A stretch of DNA of 64,000 bases from an uncultured Alphaproteobacteria bacterium (GCA_902620285.1 CACNHT010000006.1:857-64856), one strand, 5' to 3'; positions 36,027-45,623 are shown, numbered from the stretch's first letter. Numbers and translations: made by a program. The notes: generated by a model from the letters alone, not told the origin.

Positions 36027-36385
36027 TGATTTTTCTAGCGTTTATTATTATTCCAATAATAGAAATAAGCATTTTTATAACAATTGGTTCCAATATTGGA
36101 ATTTTAAATACTATCGCAATCATACTAACTACTGCTTTAGTGGGAATATTTCTTGTTCGTAGACAAGGAATAAAATTATTATTTGATGCACAACGAAATT
36201 TATCACAAGGAGTAATGCCTACTGAAGAAATAAAAGGGGGTATTTTCTTATTAATTTCGGGGTTGCTATTAATTACTCCTGGTTTCTTTACTGATTGTAT
36301 TGGTTTTGCTGTCTTCTTAAAACCTGTTCAAAATTTAATTGCTAATCAAGCCAAAAAATATTTTAACTCACGTATTCGCTATTAG
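36026..36385 (+). CDS. fxsA: FxsA-family (UPF0716) membrane protein
   Basis: 119 aa. IPIIEISIFITIGSNIG...LTTALVGIFLVRRQG, LLLITPGFFTD. GTG start shares one base with the preceding TAG. Confidence 0.75.
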   Translation: MIFLAFIIIPIIEISIFITIGSNIGILNTIAIILTTALVGIFLVRRQGIKLLFDAQRNLSQGVMPTEEIKGGIFLLISGLLLITPGFFTDCIGFAVFLKPVQNLIANQAKKYFNSRIRY

Positions 36386-37297
36386 CGGGTCAATTTTTTT
36401 TATTAATTCTTTTAATATTAATACTAATTTTTCATTTGCAGGATCTTCAATTTTTTTAAGTGGAGGTAAAACAATATTCCAATCAGGAATATTATCAACA
36501 ATTGAAAAATATGCTTTCATTAAACTTATTGGTTCATGTGAAGTAATAACTTTACGAATTTGCTGCAGTAGATTTTGTAAATTGGCAAAATTTTTAATGC
36601 TACTTTCATTTTTATGATTTTTTAATATGAAGCTCAGTAATTTACCACATACATTAGTACCAGCTGTAATTGCTCCTGCTCCTCCTCGCTTACAAATATT
36701 TAATGCTAAACTGTCATGACCACAAAATACAGCAAAATCATTAAAATATTTTATAACCTTCATCATTCTATCGCTATCCCCACTAGAGTCTTTTAATCCA
36801 ACTACATTTTTTGGATACAGCTTTAATAAAATTTCAATCATCTTAAAATTAATTGATACGTAAGAATTTTGAGGAATATGATACAAAACATATTGTAGAT
36901 CACTCTCACCTACTCTTTCAATAATATTTCGATAATAATTTATGACACCTTCATTTGTAACATTCTTATAATAAAAGGGAGGAAGTAAAAGAACAGCTCT
37001 TACTTTGTGACTAGCAGCATGTTTAGTCATATCAATTGCATCATTCAAGGATGAAGATCCTGTTCCAGGCATAAGGATATTAGGATCGATACGATTTGAT
37101 ACTAAAAAATCAAGATGATCTTTTTTTTCTTGGACTGAAAAACTATTTGCTTCTCCTGTAGTGCCAAATATTGCAAGACCGTCATGACCTTGTCTCATTA
37201 AATATTGACAATGACGAAGGTAGAGATCTTTGTTGATTGATAAATCATTTTTTACAGGTGTTAGTGCAGCACTAAAGACCCCAGATATTTTATGCAT
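36368..37297 (-). CDS. DapA/DHDPS-family class I aldolase (4-hydroxy-tetrahydrodipicolinate synthase or a paralogous lyase)
   Basis: 309 aa. GTTGEANSFS, Schiff-base lysine context VVGLKDSSGD, YHIP. I cannot separate true DapA from paralogues by eye. Confidence 0.8.
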   Translation of the reverse strand: MHKISGVFSAALTPVKNDLSINKDLYLRHCQYLMRQGHDGLAIFGTTGEANSFSVQEKKDHLDFLVSNRIDPNILMPGTGSSSLNDAIDMTKHAASHKVRAVLLLPPFYYKNVTNEGVINYYRNIIERVGESDLQYVLYHIPQNSYVSINFKMIEILLKLYPKNVVGLKDSSGDSDRMMKVIKYFNDFAVFCGHDSLALNICKRGGAGAITAGTNVCGKLLSFILKNHKNESSIKNFANLQNLLQQIRKVITSHEPISLMKAYFSIVDNIPDWNIVLPPLKKIEDPANEKLVLILKELIKKIDPLIANT

Positions 37298-38075
37298 AAA
37301 AATACAATAAGATAAATCCTAATAAAACTCTATAAATAATAAAAATATTAAAGGTTGAACTTTGTATTATTCGCATCATGATATTAATTGATACTAGAGC
37401 AGCAATACATGCAACGATTGCTGCAAATAAAGATTGGTACAAATTAATATTAATCTCAGGGCTACTTATAAAATCTAAACTTGTTAAAACTAAAGACGCT
37501 AAAATAATAGGAATAGATAAAAGCATAGAAAAAATTGCTGCAGATGATCTATCAAATCCTAAAAAACGCGCTCCAGTAATTGTAACACCTGCTCTACTTG
37601 CCCCAGGTATAAAAGCTAAAACTTGAAACATACCTATGATAAAGGCCTGCACATAACTCATATTCTTCCATGAAGATATTTTCATTTTAAAATGATCTGC
37701 TACAAATAATAGAGCAGCAAAAACAACACTTGTGACCGCAACAACTTTGATATCTCTAAAATATAATTGAACAAAATCAAAAATAAAAAATCCAACTATT
37801 ACGGCAGGTATTGTTGAAATAATAATTTTAATTAAGTTATTATTACTTACAAGCTGAAAGGAGAAAAAACTCTTAATTAATGTTTTTATATCAGATCTTA
37901 GATAAATTATAACTGCTAATAATGTTCCAACATGAACGGCAACATCGGTAAAAAGACCTTGGTCTTGCCAACTGGTTAATTGTGATACAAGAACTAAATG
38001 CCCAGAAGAACTAACTGGTAAAAATTCAGTGAAGCCTTGGACAATACCAATGATAAAATATTGAAGTTCAAACAT
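37290..38075 (-). CDS. uppP: Undecaprenyl-diphosphate phosphatase
   Basis: 261 aa. GFTEFLPVSSSGHL, PGASRAG(VTI)TGA. Confidence 0.9.
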   Translation of the reverse strand: MFELQYFIIGIVQGFTEFLPVSSSGHLVLVSQLTSWQDQGLFTDVAVHVGTLLAVIIYLRSDIKTLIKSFFSFQLVSNNNLIKIIISTIPAVIVGFFIFDFVQLYFRDIKVVAVTSVVFAALLFVADHFKMKISSWKNMSYVQAFIIGMFQVLAFIPGASRAGVTITGARFLGFDRSSAAIFSMLLSIPIILASLVLTSLDFISSPEININLYQSLFAAIVACIAALVSINIMMRIIQSSTFNIFIIYRVLLGFILLYFYA

Positions 38076-39586
38076 TAACCAAAGATTATTTTGCTCAATT
38101 TTTTACCACTTGGAAGGGGTTCAGAATTTTTATTAGAAAAATATTTCTCCATAAAATTTAAATAAACATTGTAATCTTTTAAAATTTGCATTTTTTGAAC
38201 TTTATATTCATCATCACTCTCTTCCATTTTAACTAATTCCGTATCAGTTTGAGACATTGCTTCTGGTATTGTCGTAAAAGGCCTCTCCTGATTAATAACT
38301 AACCTTTCATGTAACTCCCGGTGAAGCATTTTAAAATCTTCTTTTGATAGAGTTTTTGGACTTTCATCAAATATAAGTCTTTTTAAAATAAAGTTTGCTC
38401 TTGGCTCTTTAATTGAAAGAGCAATTTTATATTTTTCATTCCAATCATCTTGTTCGTGAAATTTAGCTATTTCAGTTGATTGTTTAAAATCAAGAAAGGC
38501 ATTTGCTGCACTTTCTGGAAATATATTATCTTGCGATTTTTCGTCTTCTTTTTCAATACGCCTATCAATTTCCATAAGTTTAAACTTGTCTGCTAAATCT
38601 TTATTTTTAAAAACTATTTTCGCTCTTTCATTAAGAACATCTGAACCAATTTCATCGTAAGGCTCGTAATTAGCAGCAATCTTACCTGGTAGAATAATAG
38701 GATGCTGATTAGTAATAACGTATCTATTTTTCCTTTTAATAAGTTTTTTAAATTCTTCAGAATTAGCTTCGAGTAATGGCATCGGATCATGAGCTAAATC
38801 AATTGTGTGAAACCAACCATTGTATTGTGACTCACATACCATCGACAATGCTTGAAGTTTAATTCTTCCCCCAAAACTTGTCATAAAACAAAAACCTTTA
38901 TTTTTATTTATATATTCAATGGTATCTTCTTTACTCATTGTCATTTGAAGCTGATTCCAATTAGTTGTATCTACTTCGTTAATATATTTTGTCAGAGCAA
39001 TTGATGTCTTAACATCTGAAAATGCATCGTGAGCAAATTCAACAGGCAAGTTGTTCATCTCTGCAATTTTTTCTAATTTAAAACTAGGATTACCTCTTTC
39101 TGTTAAAGGTGTTTTTATACTTGATGGGTTGATGGCATATAAACCTCTCGCTAAATTTAATGTATCTCCCCTACTCTTTCTTGTTACATAAGGATAAAAC
39201 ATATGACTAAACAAATTGTATTCGAGAACTGATTCATCAAACTCTATTATGTTGTGTCCTATAAAAGTAGAACTTGGATCATCTTTTTTCCATTGATCAA
39301 AAGTTTCATTAATTTTTTTCATCAATTCGTAAGATGATTGAGGGGCATCAAGTGCCTCTCTCATACCTTTAAGTGTTGTTATTAATGCACCAGGTTGAGA
39401 AATCACTGATGTTCGAGGTCTGCAGAACTCATTCATATTTTGATTTGTTTGATTAAATTTGGAGTCAGTAACTATTGCAGCAATTTGCATTATCTGCTCC
39501 CATTTTGGAGTAGTACCAAAAGCAGTTGGATATTCTTTCTTACCTCTTCCAGATGTTTCTAAATCGTAAAATATATATTTTGACAC
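38075..39586 (-). CDS. sbcB: Exodeoxyribonuclease I-like DEDD 3'-5' exonuclease
   Basis: 503 aa. Exo I motif FYDLETSG, GHNIIEFDE, HDAFSDV, then a long ExoI-type C-terminal domain. Confidence 0.75.
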   Translation of the reverse strand: MSKYIFYDLETSGRGKKEYPTAFGTTPKWEQIMQIAAIVTDSKFNQTNQNMNEFCRPRTSVISQPGALITTLKGMREALDAPQSSYELMKKINETFDQWKKDDPSSTFIGHNIIEFDESVLEYNLFSHMFYPYVTRKSRGDTLNLARGLYAINPSSIKTPLTERGNPSFKLEKIAEMNNLPVEFAHDAFSDVKTSIALTKYINEVDTTNWNQLQMTMSKEDTIEYINKNKGFCFMTSFGGRIKLQALSMVCESQYNGWFHTIDLAHDPMPLLEANSEEFKKLIKRKNRYVITNQHPIILPGKIAANYEPYDEIGSDVLNERAKIVFKNKDLADKFKLMEIDRRIEKEDEKSQDNIFPESAANAFLDFKQSTEIAKFHEQDDWNEKYKIALSIKEPRANFILKRLIFDESPKTLSKEDFKMLHRELHERLVINQERPFTTIPEAMSQTDTELVKMEESDDEYKVQKMQILKDYNVYLNFMEKYFSNKNSEPLPSGKKLSKIIFG

Positions 39587-39618
39587 TGATAAATAACCTT
39601 ATTGGTATTTATAGACTA

Positions 39619-39816
39619 TTAATTATCTCTTTTGGACCAATAAAAATGATAGAAAATAGTAGCTGCAATGGCAACAAAAAGAGAGATAAAAGCTATATAA
39701 ATTATAGTTGCGATTGCCCAGTAAGCTACGGCTATTAAAAGACCAATAGTTGTTATCCCAGCCCAAAAATAGATCAGTCTTTCTAAAAATAATTGCATAC
39801 TGTATCTATTATACAA
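39619..39816 (-). CDS. Small two-helix membrane protein, unknown function
   Basis: 65 aa. Two hydrophobic spans (IYFWAGITTIGLLIAVAYWAI, IIYIAFISLFVAIAATIFY). Fills the gap between rbsK and sbcB with 3 and 32 nt spacers. Confidence 0.45.
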   Translation of the reverse strand: MYNRYSMQLFLERLIYFWAGITTIGLLIAVAYWAIATIIYIAFISLFVAIAATIFYHFYWSKRDN

Positions 39817-39819
39817 TAA

Positions 39820-40734
39820 TTATAGAAGTTTATCAATTTCCTCTCTAGAAGGCATGGAATTTGCTGTTCCAATTTTCGTCGTTGATAAACCAGCTGTTGC
39901 ACTGGCAAATTTAAGCGCATCTTTAATATTTTGACCTTCGGTAATTGCCGCAGCAAAACCAGCGTTAAATGCATCGCCAGCACCAGTAGTATCAACTACT
40001 GGATTTGAAAGATTAGCTATAGGTAAAGAAAATTTTTCATCATTGTTGGCAAAAAAAGCTCCTTTTTCTCCAAGAGTAATAACGACATTTTTAATTCCTT
40101 TTTCTAATAATTGAATTGCAGCTTTTTCAGCATCCTCATGAGTTTCAACATTGTGATCAACATAAAAACTTGCTTCCGTTTCATTTGGTGTAAAATAATC
40201 AATCATAGAAAATAAAGATTCATCTATTTCAGCAGCTGGAGCAGGATTTAAAATTGTTTTTACATTTAAATTATGTGCTTTTTTTAATGCATAGGTAACT
40301 ACATCCTTTGGTGCCTCTAGTTGTGTAAGAAATATACTTGAGTTTTTAATTGCCTCTTCTGCTTTATCTATATCTTCAATGGTAATTGCACCTGCTGCAC
40401 CTGGAAAAACATTAATAGCATTGGCTCCAGTTCCTTCATTTACAAGTATGCCTGCAGCGCCAGTCGAATGATCATTTGAAATAATTACATTACTATAATC
40501 AACACCAGAATTTTCATAAATCTCTGTTGCCATAGATCCAAATTGATCATCACCAATCTTTGAAATAAAAAAAGTTTTTGAACCAGCCTTAGCTGCAGCT
40601 ACAGCTTGGTTTGATCCTTTGCCACCAGGACCAATAACAAAATTTTTACCAAGAATAGTTTCTCCCTCAACAGGAATTTTTTCTCCAAAAAAAACGAGAT
40701 CAGCAACAAAAATACCAAGAATACTAATCGACAT
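39820..40734 (-). CDS. rbsK: Ribokinase (PfkB family; ribose or deoxyribose kinase)
   Basis: 304 aa. GPGGKGSNQAVAAAKAG and DTTGAGDAFNAGFA signatures. Confidence 0.85.
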   Translation of the reverse strand: MSISILGIFVADLVFFGEKIPVEGETILGKNFVIGPGGKGSNQAVAAAKAGSKTFFISKIGDDQFGSMATEIYENSGVDYSNVIISNDHSTGAAGILVNEGTGANAINVFPGAAGAITIEDIDKAEEAIKNSSIFLTQLEAPKDVVTYALKKAHNLNVKTILNPAPAAEIDESLFSMIDYFTPNETEASFYVDHNVETHEDAEKAAIQLLEKGIKNVVITLGEKGAFFANNDEKFSLPIANLSNPVVDTTGAGDAFNAGFAAAITEGQNIKDALKFASATAGLSTTKIGTANSMPSREEIDKLL

Positions 40735-40736
40735 AA

Positions 40737-41195
40737 TTATTTATCGATTATCCAAACAGTACCATCTGGTTTAATAACACCTTTTGTTAAAATAAAATTA
40801 CAGTAAGGTCGTCTTTCACTTGTTGTAATATAGGCATAGGTTGATCTTGATTGCTTATAAAATTCTTGTCTTTCGTATGAACCTATTTTCCAATGATCTC
40901 CTGATACTTCCTTAATTGCATCAATTACTTCTTTATTAGCGTCATTAATTTCATTTGGTTGATTATCAACTTCCATTCGGTGAACGGCAGAGTCTACAAA
41001 GCTGTCTAATGGAAAAACAGATAAGACAGCTCTCATAACAGTTGTCATATCAAGGCCGTCTAATCGGTGAACTCTATTATGATTTGAGTGAGCAGGATAA
41101 TTAATATCGGATATAACGAGTCTATCGCCATGACCCATTTCTCGCAGTGTTTTTAATATATCAGGACTTAAAATAGGATCGACGTTAATTAACAT
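40737..41195 (-). CDS. RbsD/FucU-family sugar mutarotase/pyranase
   Basis: 152 aa. ILSPDILKTLREMGHGDRLVISDINYPA is the RbsD/FucU N-terminal motif. Confidence 0.8.
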   Translation of the reverse strand: MLINVDPILSPDILKTLREMGHGDRLVISDINYPAHSNHNRVHRLDGLDMTTVMRAVLSVFPLDSFVDSAVHRMEVDNQPNEINDANKEVIDAIKEVSGDHWKIGSYERQEFYKQSRSTYAYITTSERRPYCNFILTKGVIKPDGTVWIIDK

Positions 41196-41207
41196 ATTAT
41201 TAGTATA

Positions 41208-43568
41208 TCACTCTCCGTATGGGATCCAAATATTTTTTACTTGTGTACTTTGATATAAAAACTCCTTTAAGAAATCTTCTTCTTTCGAAGACCAATCAAG
41301 ATTTTTTGATTGTGGACACCAACTTCTCTTTAAATTTGATGTTGTACTTTGAAAAACTTTTAAACGCTCATTATTATTTTCACTAAAATACCAAATACCA
41401 TCGATATTTTCATGTTCTGCTAAGATTTTATTCAAACTATTTTGTTTAGTTGTAAGGATGTTAATATAACCTGCCGGAACATCAGAGGTTTCAAGTAGTT
41501 GATATAATTCTGTTGCTAAAAGAGACGTATTTTGACCTGGAACAATAATACTAGCATTTCCTGCAGCAAAATTTGCTGCTAATGTTGTAATTAAACTTAA
41601 AAGAGGAAAATCATCATTTAAAATATTTGCAATAACACCTATCGGTTCTTTAACGGCTAGTGTTAAACCTCTTATAGGAGGATTATGTATAGAGCCTTCA
41701 AACTTATCAGCCATAGCACCATAATAAAATAATCTTTCAATTGATTGATCAAATTCTTTTTCGGCATCTTTTTGAGTAATACCAATTAGAGATGATAGTA
41801 AGCTAGAAAAGGTATTTTTTCGATTTTGTAAATTTTCGGCTAAGTAATAAAGAATTTGAGCTCTATTAAAGTTAGTGGAAGATTTGCTAATTGCTTTAGA
41901 TGCAACCTCTACTGTATCTCTTACATCTTTGCGATTTGCGTTTGGAACATCACAAATAAAATTATTATGAGCATCATAAGAAGAAAAGGAATAACCACTA
42001 TCAGGTCTTTTTTGTTTACCTCCAATATATAATTTTGGAGTTCTATCGATAGAATTAGATGATTGACCTTTAGATGATTTTTTTCCTCTTTTTGACTTAG
42101 AAAAAGGAAGTGGTAATTTTGAATATGCTCTAATACCTTCTGAGCCACCTTCTCTTCCAAAACCACTTTCTTTGAATCCTCCAAAACCACATGCAGCATC
42201 AAATAAGTTTGTAGAATTTATCCAGATGACTCCAGCTTTTACTTTTGGAGCAATATCTAAAGCTAAGTTAATATTTTCAGACCAAATACTTGCCGCAAGT
42301 CCGTATGGAGTATTATTTGCAATGGATACAGCTTCACTAGGTGTTCTAAATGTCATTGTTGTTAAAACTGGCCCAAATATTTCTACTTGAGCAATAAAAG
42401 AAGACGGCGTTACATTTGTAAATAAAGATGGGGGGTAAAATAAACCATTTGTTGGACATGACCATGAAGGTTGCCATAATTTATTTCCATCCTTTTGTGC
42501 TTTATTTACTAAAGAATTAATTTTTTTAAGTTGGACTGGTGCAACTATAGCGCCAATATCAATAGACTTATCTAATGGATCACCAACACGAAGTTTTTCC
42601 ATTCTTTTCTTAAGTTTTTGGATAAATTTTTTCTCAATACTTTCTTGTACTAAGAGTCTTGATCCAGCACAACATACTTGACCTTGATTAAACCAAATCG
42701 CATCAACAACACCTTCTACTGCGCTATCTAGATCAGCATCTTCAAAAACAATAAAAGGTGATTTGCCTCCAAGTTCCATTGTCATTTTTTTATCTGGATT
42801 AGTATTTGTTTGAATTATTTTCTTTCCAACTTCAGTTGATCCAGTAAAGGCAATTTTTTTAATATCTTTATGCGATGTTATATGTTCACCAGTCGAACCA
42901 TCTCCTGTAATAATATTAATTACACCTTGTGGAATTTTAGCTTTTTCACAAAGTTCAGCAAAATAAAGCGCTGTTAAAGAAGTATACTCTGCAGGCTTTA
43001 AGACTACTGTATTGCCAAGAGCAATTGCCGGAGCAATTTTCCAAGCTAACATTAATAATGGAAAGTTCCACGGTATAATTTGCCCAACAACACCTATAGA
43101 GTTATCAGAGTTGTTTGTATTCCTAGCAGCCCACCCGGCATGATAATAAAAATGTCTAGCAACAAGCGGAATATCTATATCTCTTGTTTCTCTTATAGGC
43201 TTACCATTATCAATGGTCTCTAAAACAGAAATAAACCTTGAATTTTTTTGTATGAGACGTGCTAGGGCATATAAATATTTTGATCGATCAAACGATGAAA
43301 GTTTTGACCATTTGACATGAGCTTTTTTGGCAGCACTAACAGCAACATTTACATCTTTTTTTGAAGCAACAGACAATGTTGCTATTTTTTTATTTGTAGA
43401 AGGGTTAATTATATTTAATTTTTTTGAGCTAGACGATTTTACAAATTCACCATTAATAAAATGATTATTTGGATTTTTTAAATTTTTTATCCAGCTATTA
43501 ACTTCTTTGCTGTCTTCTGGTGCTGGCCCATAAGATATATTTTGAAAATTTTTAATAACTTTATCCAT
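41208..43568 (-). CDS. Aldehyde dehydrogenase with a C-terminal degenerate second ALDH half-domain
   Basis: 786 aa. Residues 1-480 form a complete ALDH (IIPWNFP, FTGSTEVGKK, MELGGKSP with Glu265, NQGQVCCAGSR with Cys299, EIFGPV). A basic linker (SKSKRGKKSSKGQSSNS) follows. Residues about 510-786 repeat the ALDH N-terminal/NAD-binding half (PKLYIGGKQ..., KEPIGVIANI) and end near NLKRSW with no ELGGK Glu or catalytic Cys. Confidence 0.85.
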   Translation of the reverse strand: MDKVIKNFQNISYGPAPEDSKEVNSWIKNLKNPNNHFINGEFVKSSSSKKLNIINPSTNKKIATLSVASKKDVNVAVSAAKKAHVKWSKLSSFDRSKYLYALARLIQKNSRFISVLETIDNGKPIRETRDIDIPLVARHFYYHAGWAARNTNNSDNSIGVVGQIIPWNFPLLMLAWKIAPAIALGNTVVLKPAEYTSLTALYFAELCEKAKIPQGVINIITGDGSTGEHITSHKDIKKIAFTGSTEVGKKIIQTNTNPDKKMTMELGGKSPFIVFEDADLDSAVEGVVDAIWFNQGQVCCAGSRLLVQESIEKKFIQKLKKRMEKLRVGDPLDKSIDIGAIVAPVQLKKINSLVNKAQKDGNKLWQPSWSCPTNGLFYPPSLFTNVTPSSFIAQVEIFGPVLTTMTFRTPSEAVSIANNTPYGLAASIWSENINLALDIAPKVKAGVIWINSTNLFDAACGFGGFKESGFGREGGSEGIRAYSKLPLPFSKSKRGKKSSKGQSSNSIDRTPKLYIGGKQKRPDSGYSFSSYDAHNNFICDVPNANRKDVRDTVEVASKAISKSSTNFNRAQILYYLAENLQNRKNTFSSLLSSLIGITQKDAEKEFDQSIERLFYYGAMADKFEGSIHNPPIRGLTLAVKEPIGVIANILNDDFPLLSLITTLAANFAAGNASIIVPGQNTSLLATELYQLLETSDVPAGYINILTTKQNSLNKILAEHENIDGIWYFSENNNERLKVFQSTTSNLKRSWCPQSKNLDWSSKEEDFLKEFLYQSTQVKNIWIPYGE

Positions 43569-43569
43569 A

Positions 43570-44514
43570 TTATCCTATTGCAAGTTTCTCTTTATTTGCA
43601 TATCTGCCACTAGTGTAGTGATAAAGTTGTCTTTCTATATCAATTAATAAACTAGAAGCACCAATTCGCAATAATTTAGGATTAACCCATTCAAATCCTA
43701 GTTCTTCTGCTACTAATATTAAAAATTCTAAAACAGATTTGGCCGTTGATATTCCACCTGCAGGTTTAAAACCAATTTTTTTTCCAGTTTTTGTATGAAA
43801 ATCTCTAATCATTCTCAACATGACAAGACTATTATTAAGATTTGCATTTATACTTTCTTTTCCTGTTGATGTTTTAATAAAATCGGCACCAGCCATCATA
43901 CAAACCAAAGAAGCTTTTGCTACATTTCGAAGAGTCTCAAGATCACCAACACCAAGAATAGCTTTAATTTTTGTTTTACCTGCTATTTCTTTAAAACTGC
44001 GAACCTCATCATATAATTTTTTCCAGTTATTTTGGAGAACATATCCTCTATTGATAACAATATCGATTTCATCAGCACCATCTTTAATAGAGTCAGAAAT
44101 TTCTTTTTTTCTAGTCGTATATGATGATAAACCTGCAGGAAAACCCGTAGAAACTGCTGCAATTGGTATTTTGTTTTGAATAAGTTTTGTACAATCTTTT
44201 ATTAGATGATGATAGACACATACAGCCCCTACTCTTACTGCATTATTTTCTATTCCTAAATCCTGAAGAATATAATCATCAATCGGATTAAGGGCTTTAT
44301 TACACAGTCTTTCAACTTTTCCAAAAGTGTCATCACCACTTAGCGTAGTAAGATCAATTAAAGTAATAGCTTTTAACAACCAAGCGACTTGAAATTCCTT
44401 TTTTACAGTTCTTCTTTTAGTTAAGGTAGATGTTCGACGTTCTACCGCACTCAAATTAATTTTTGTGTTGTCAATCCAGCTTGTATCTAAGTTATAAAAT
44501 GTTTTCTTTGTCAT
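43570..44514 (-). CDS. deoC: Deoxyribose-phosphate aldolase, long (eukaryote-like, about 315 aa) form
   Basis: 314 aa. VCVYH, EIDIVINRG, Schiff-base lysine context FIKTSTGK, FKPAGGIS. Confidence 0.85.
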   Translation of the reverse strand: MTKKTFYNLDTSWIDNTKINLSAVERRTSTLTKRRTVKKEFQVAWLLKAITLIDLTTLSGDDTFGKVERLCNKALNPIDDYILQDLGIENNAVRVGAVCVYHHLIKDCTKLIQNKIPIAAVSTGFPAGLSSYTTRKKEISDSIKDGADEIDIVINRGYVLQNNWKKLYDEVRSFKEIAGKTKIKAILGVGDLETLRNVAKASLVCMMAGADFIKTSTGKESINANLNNSLVMLRMIRDFHTKTGKKIGFKPAGGISTAKSVLEFLILVAEELGFEWVNPKLLRIGASSLLIDIERQLYHYTSGRYANKEKLAIG

Positions 44515-44518
44515 CGAA

Positions 44519-45499
44519 TTAAATTTTTTCTTCTGTTATTGGTCTACTTAGTAAATTACTTAGTTCTTCTTTTAAATCATGTTGCTTATAAAGTATATTG
44601 TATACAGACTCCATTATTGGCATATCAATATTTTTTTTCTGTGAAATATTATAGACTGCTTTAACTGTATAATAACCCTCTGTTACTTCTTGCGATTTTA
44701 AAAGATCTAAAAAATTATCATATTTTGAAGAAGCTAATTTAATACCAAACTGTGTATTACGAGAATTTTTAGAGTTACATGTTAAAATTAGATCACCAAG
44801 CCCGGATAAACCAAATAGTGTATTTTTATCAGCTTTAAATTTTTTTGTGTATCTTGTCATTTCTGCAAAAGATCTTGAAATGAGTGCGCTTTTAGCATTT
44901 TCGCCTAAATTCAATCCTTCTGCAATGCCTGCAGCTATTGCATAAATATTCTTTAACGCACCACCTATTTGCGTTCCGATTAAATCATTTGAATAATAAA
45001 TTCTAAACTCTTTGTTAGGTATAAGTTTAGAAATATTCTCAAAATCTTTTTTATCTTTTGTTGCAAGCGTTACTGCAGTTGGTAAACTTTGAGATACTTC
45101 ATTTGAAAAAGATGGGCCTGATAAAATACTAATTGATTTAAACGGCATCATTTCTTGAAATACATCTGTTAAAAATTTTGAGGACGATATTTCTATGCCT
45201 TTAGAACATATAATAATATGATGATTTTTATTATGTAATGTTGAATCCTTAACTACCTCCCTAATGTTTTGCGCAGGTAATGTTATAAATAAAAATTTAA
45301 CATTTCTAATTTGTTTTAAAGAAGTAGTAGCAGTGACATTTTCATTAAATGAACTGTATTTTAATTTTGGATTAATTTTATGTTCATTTATTGATTTTAC
45401 AATTTTTTCATCTCGAGCATAAATGATAACTTTATTATTACTTAATACTCGGGCAAGTGCACTACCCCAAACTCCTCCACCTAAAATTCCAATTGTCAT
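44519..45499 (-). CDS. gpsA: NAD(P)H-dependent glycerol-3-phosphate dehydrogenase
   Basis: MTIGILGGGVWGSALA Rossmann motif at the N-terminus if the Met at 45499 is used (the track start 45526 adds 9 aa). GALKNIYAIAAGI, GLGDLILTC. Confidence 0.9.
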   Translation of the reverse strand: MTIGILGGGVWGSALARVLSNNKVIIYARDEKIVKSINEHKINPKLKYSSFNENVTATTSLKQIRNVKFLFITLPAQNIREVVKDSTLHNKNHHIIICSKGIEISSSKFLTDVFQEMMPFKSISILSGPSFSNEVSQSLPTAVTLATKDKKDFENISKLIPNKEFRIYYSNDLIGTQIGGALKNIYAIAAGIAEGLNLGENAKSALISRSFAEMTRYTKKFKADKNTLFGLSGLGDLILTCNSKNSRNTQFGIKLASSKYDNFLDLLKSQEVTEGYYTVKAVYNISQKKNIDMPIMESVYNILYKQHDLKEELSNLLSRPITEEKI

Positions 45500-45623
45500 A
45501 CGTTTGATCTTTATCCGGTGAGGCAAATGAAGTCAATTTATGGTTTTTGGCTAAAACCTTGGGTATTTTTATGAAAAAACTGCATGATTGATTTTTGGAA
45601 CTAGTATATGAGGTACCGTATAT

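Noticed and set aside
36339-36617. 92-aa plus-strand ORF spanning the fxsA/dapA-like junction; also 37378..37626, 39526..39738, 39783..39995, 35807..35995, 31134..31403, 25512..25766, 13312..13518, 14790..15011, 6374..6619, 3586..3789 and 46224..46454
   Set aside because: Each overlaps a better-supported gene on the opposite strand or in another frame, and none shows conserved motifs.
41208-43568. The 786-aa ALDH as two genes fused by a sequencing frameshift
   Set aside because: The reading frame is continuous with no stop. The linker is a plausible basic low-complexity segment. The second part lacks its own start context and is only a half-domain, consistent with a genuine fusion.
43820-44179. 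119-aa plus-strand ORF inside deoC; also 41921..42202 and 42172..42390 inside the ALDH gene
   Set aside because: All are antisense or out of frame relative to genes with clear family signatures (FIKTSTGK; ELGGK/GQVCCAGSR), and none has motifs of its own.
45500-45526. N-terminal extensions proposed by the ORF track for gpsA (MPHRIKIKR-), degP (63255..63290) and the NDUFA12-like gene (25041..25076)
   Set aside because: The Rossmann motif, signal peptide and conserved family N-terminus begin at the internal Met in each case. The internal starts also remove overlaps with upstream genes.
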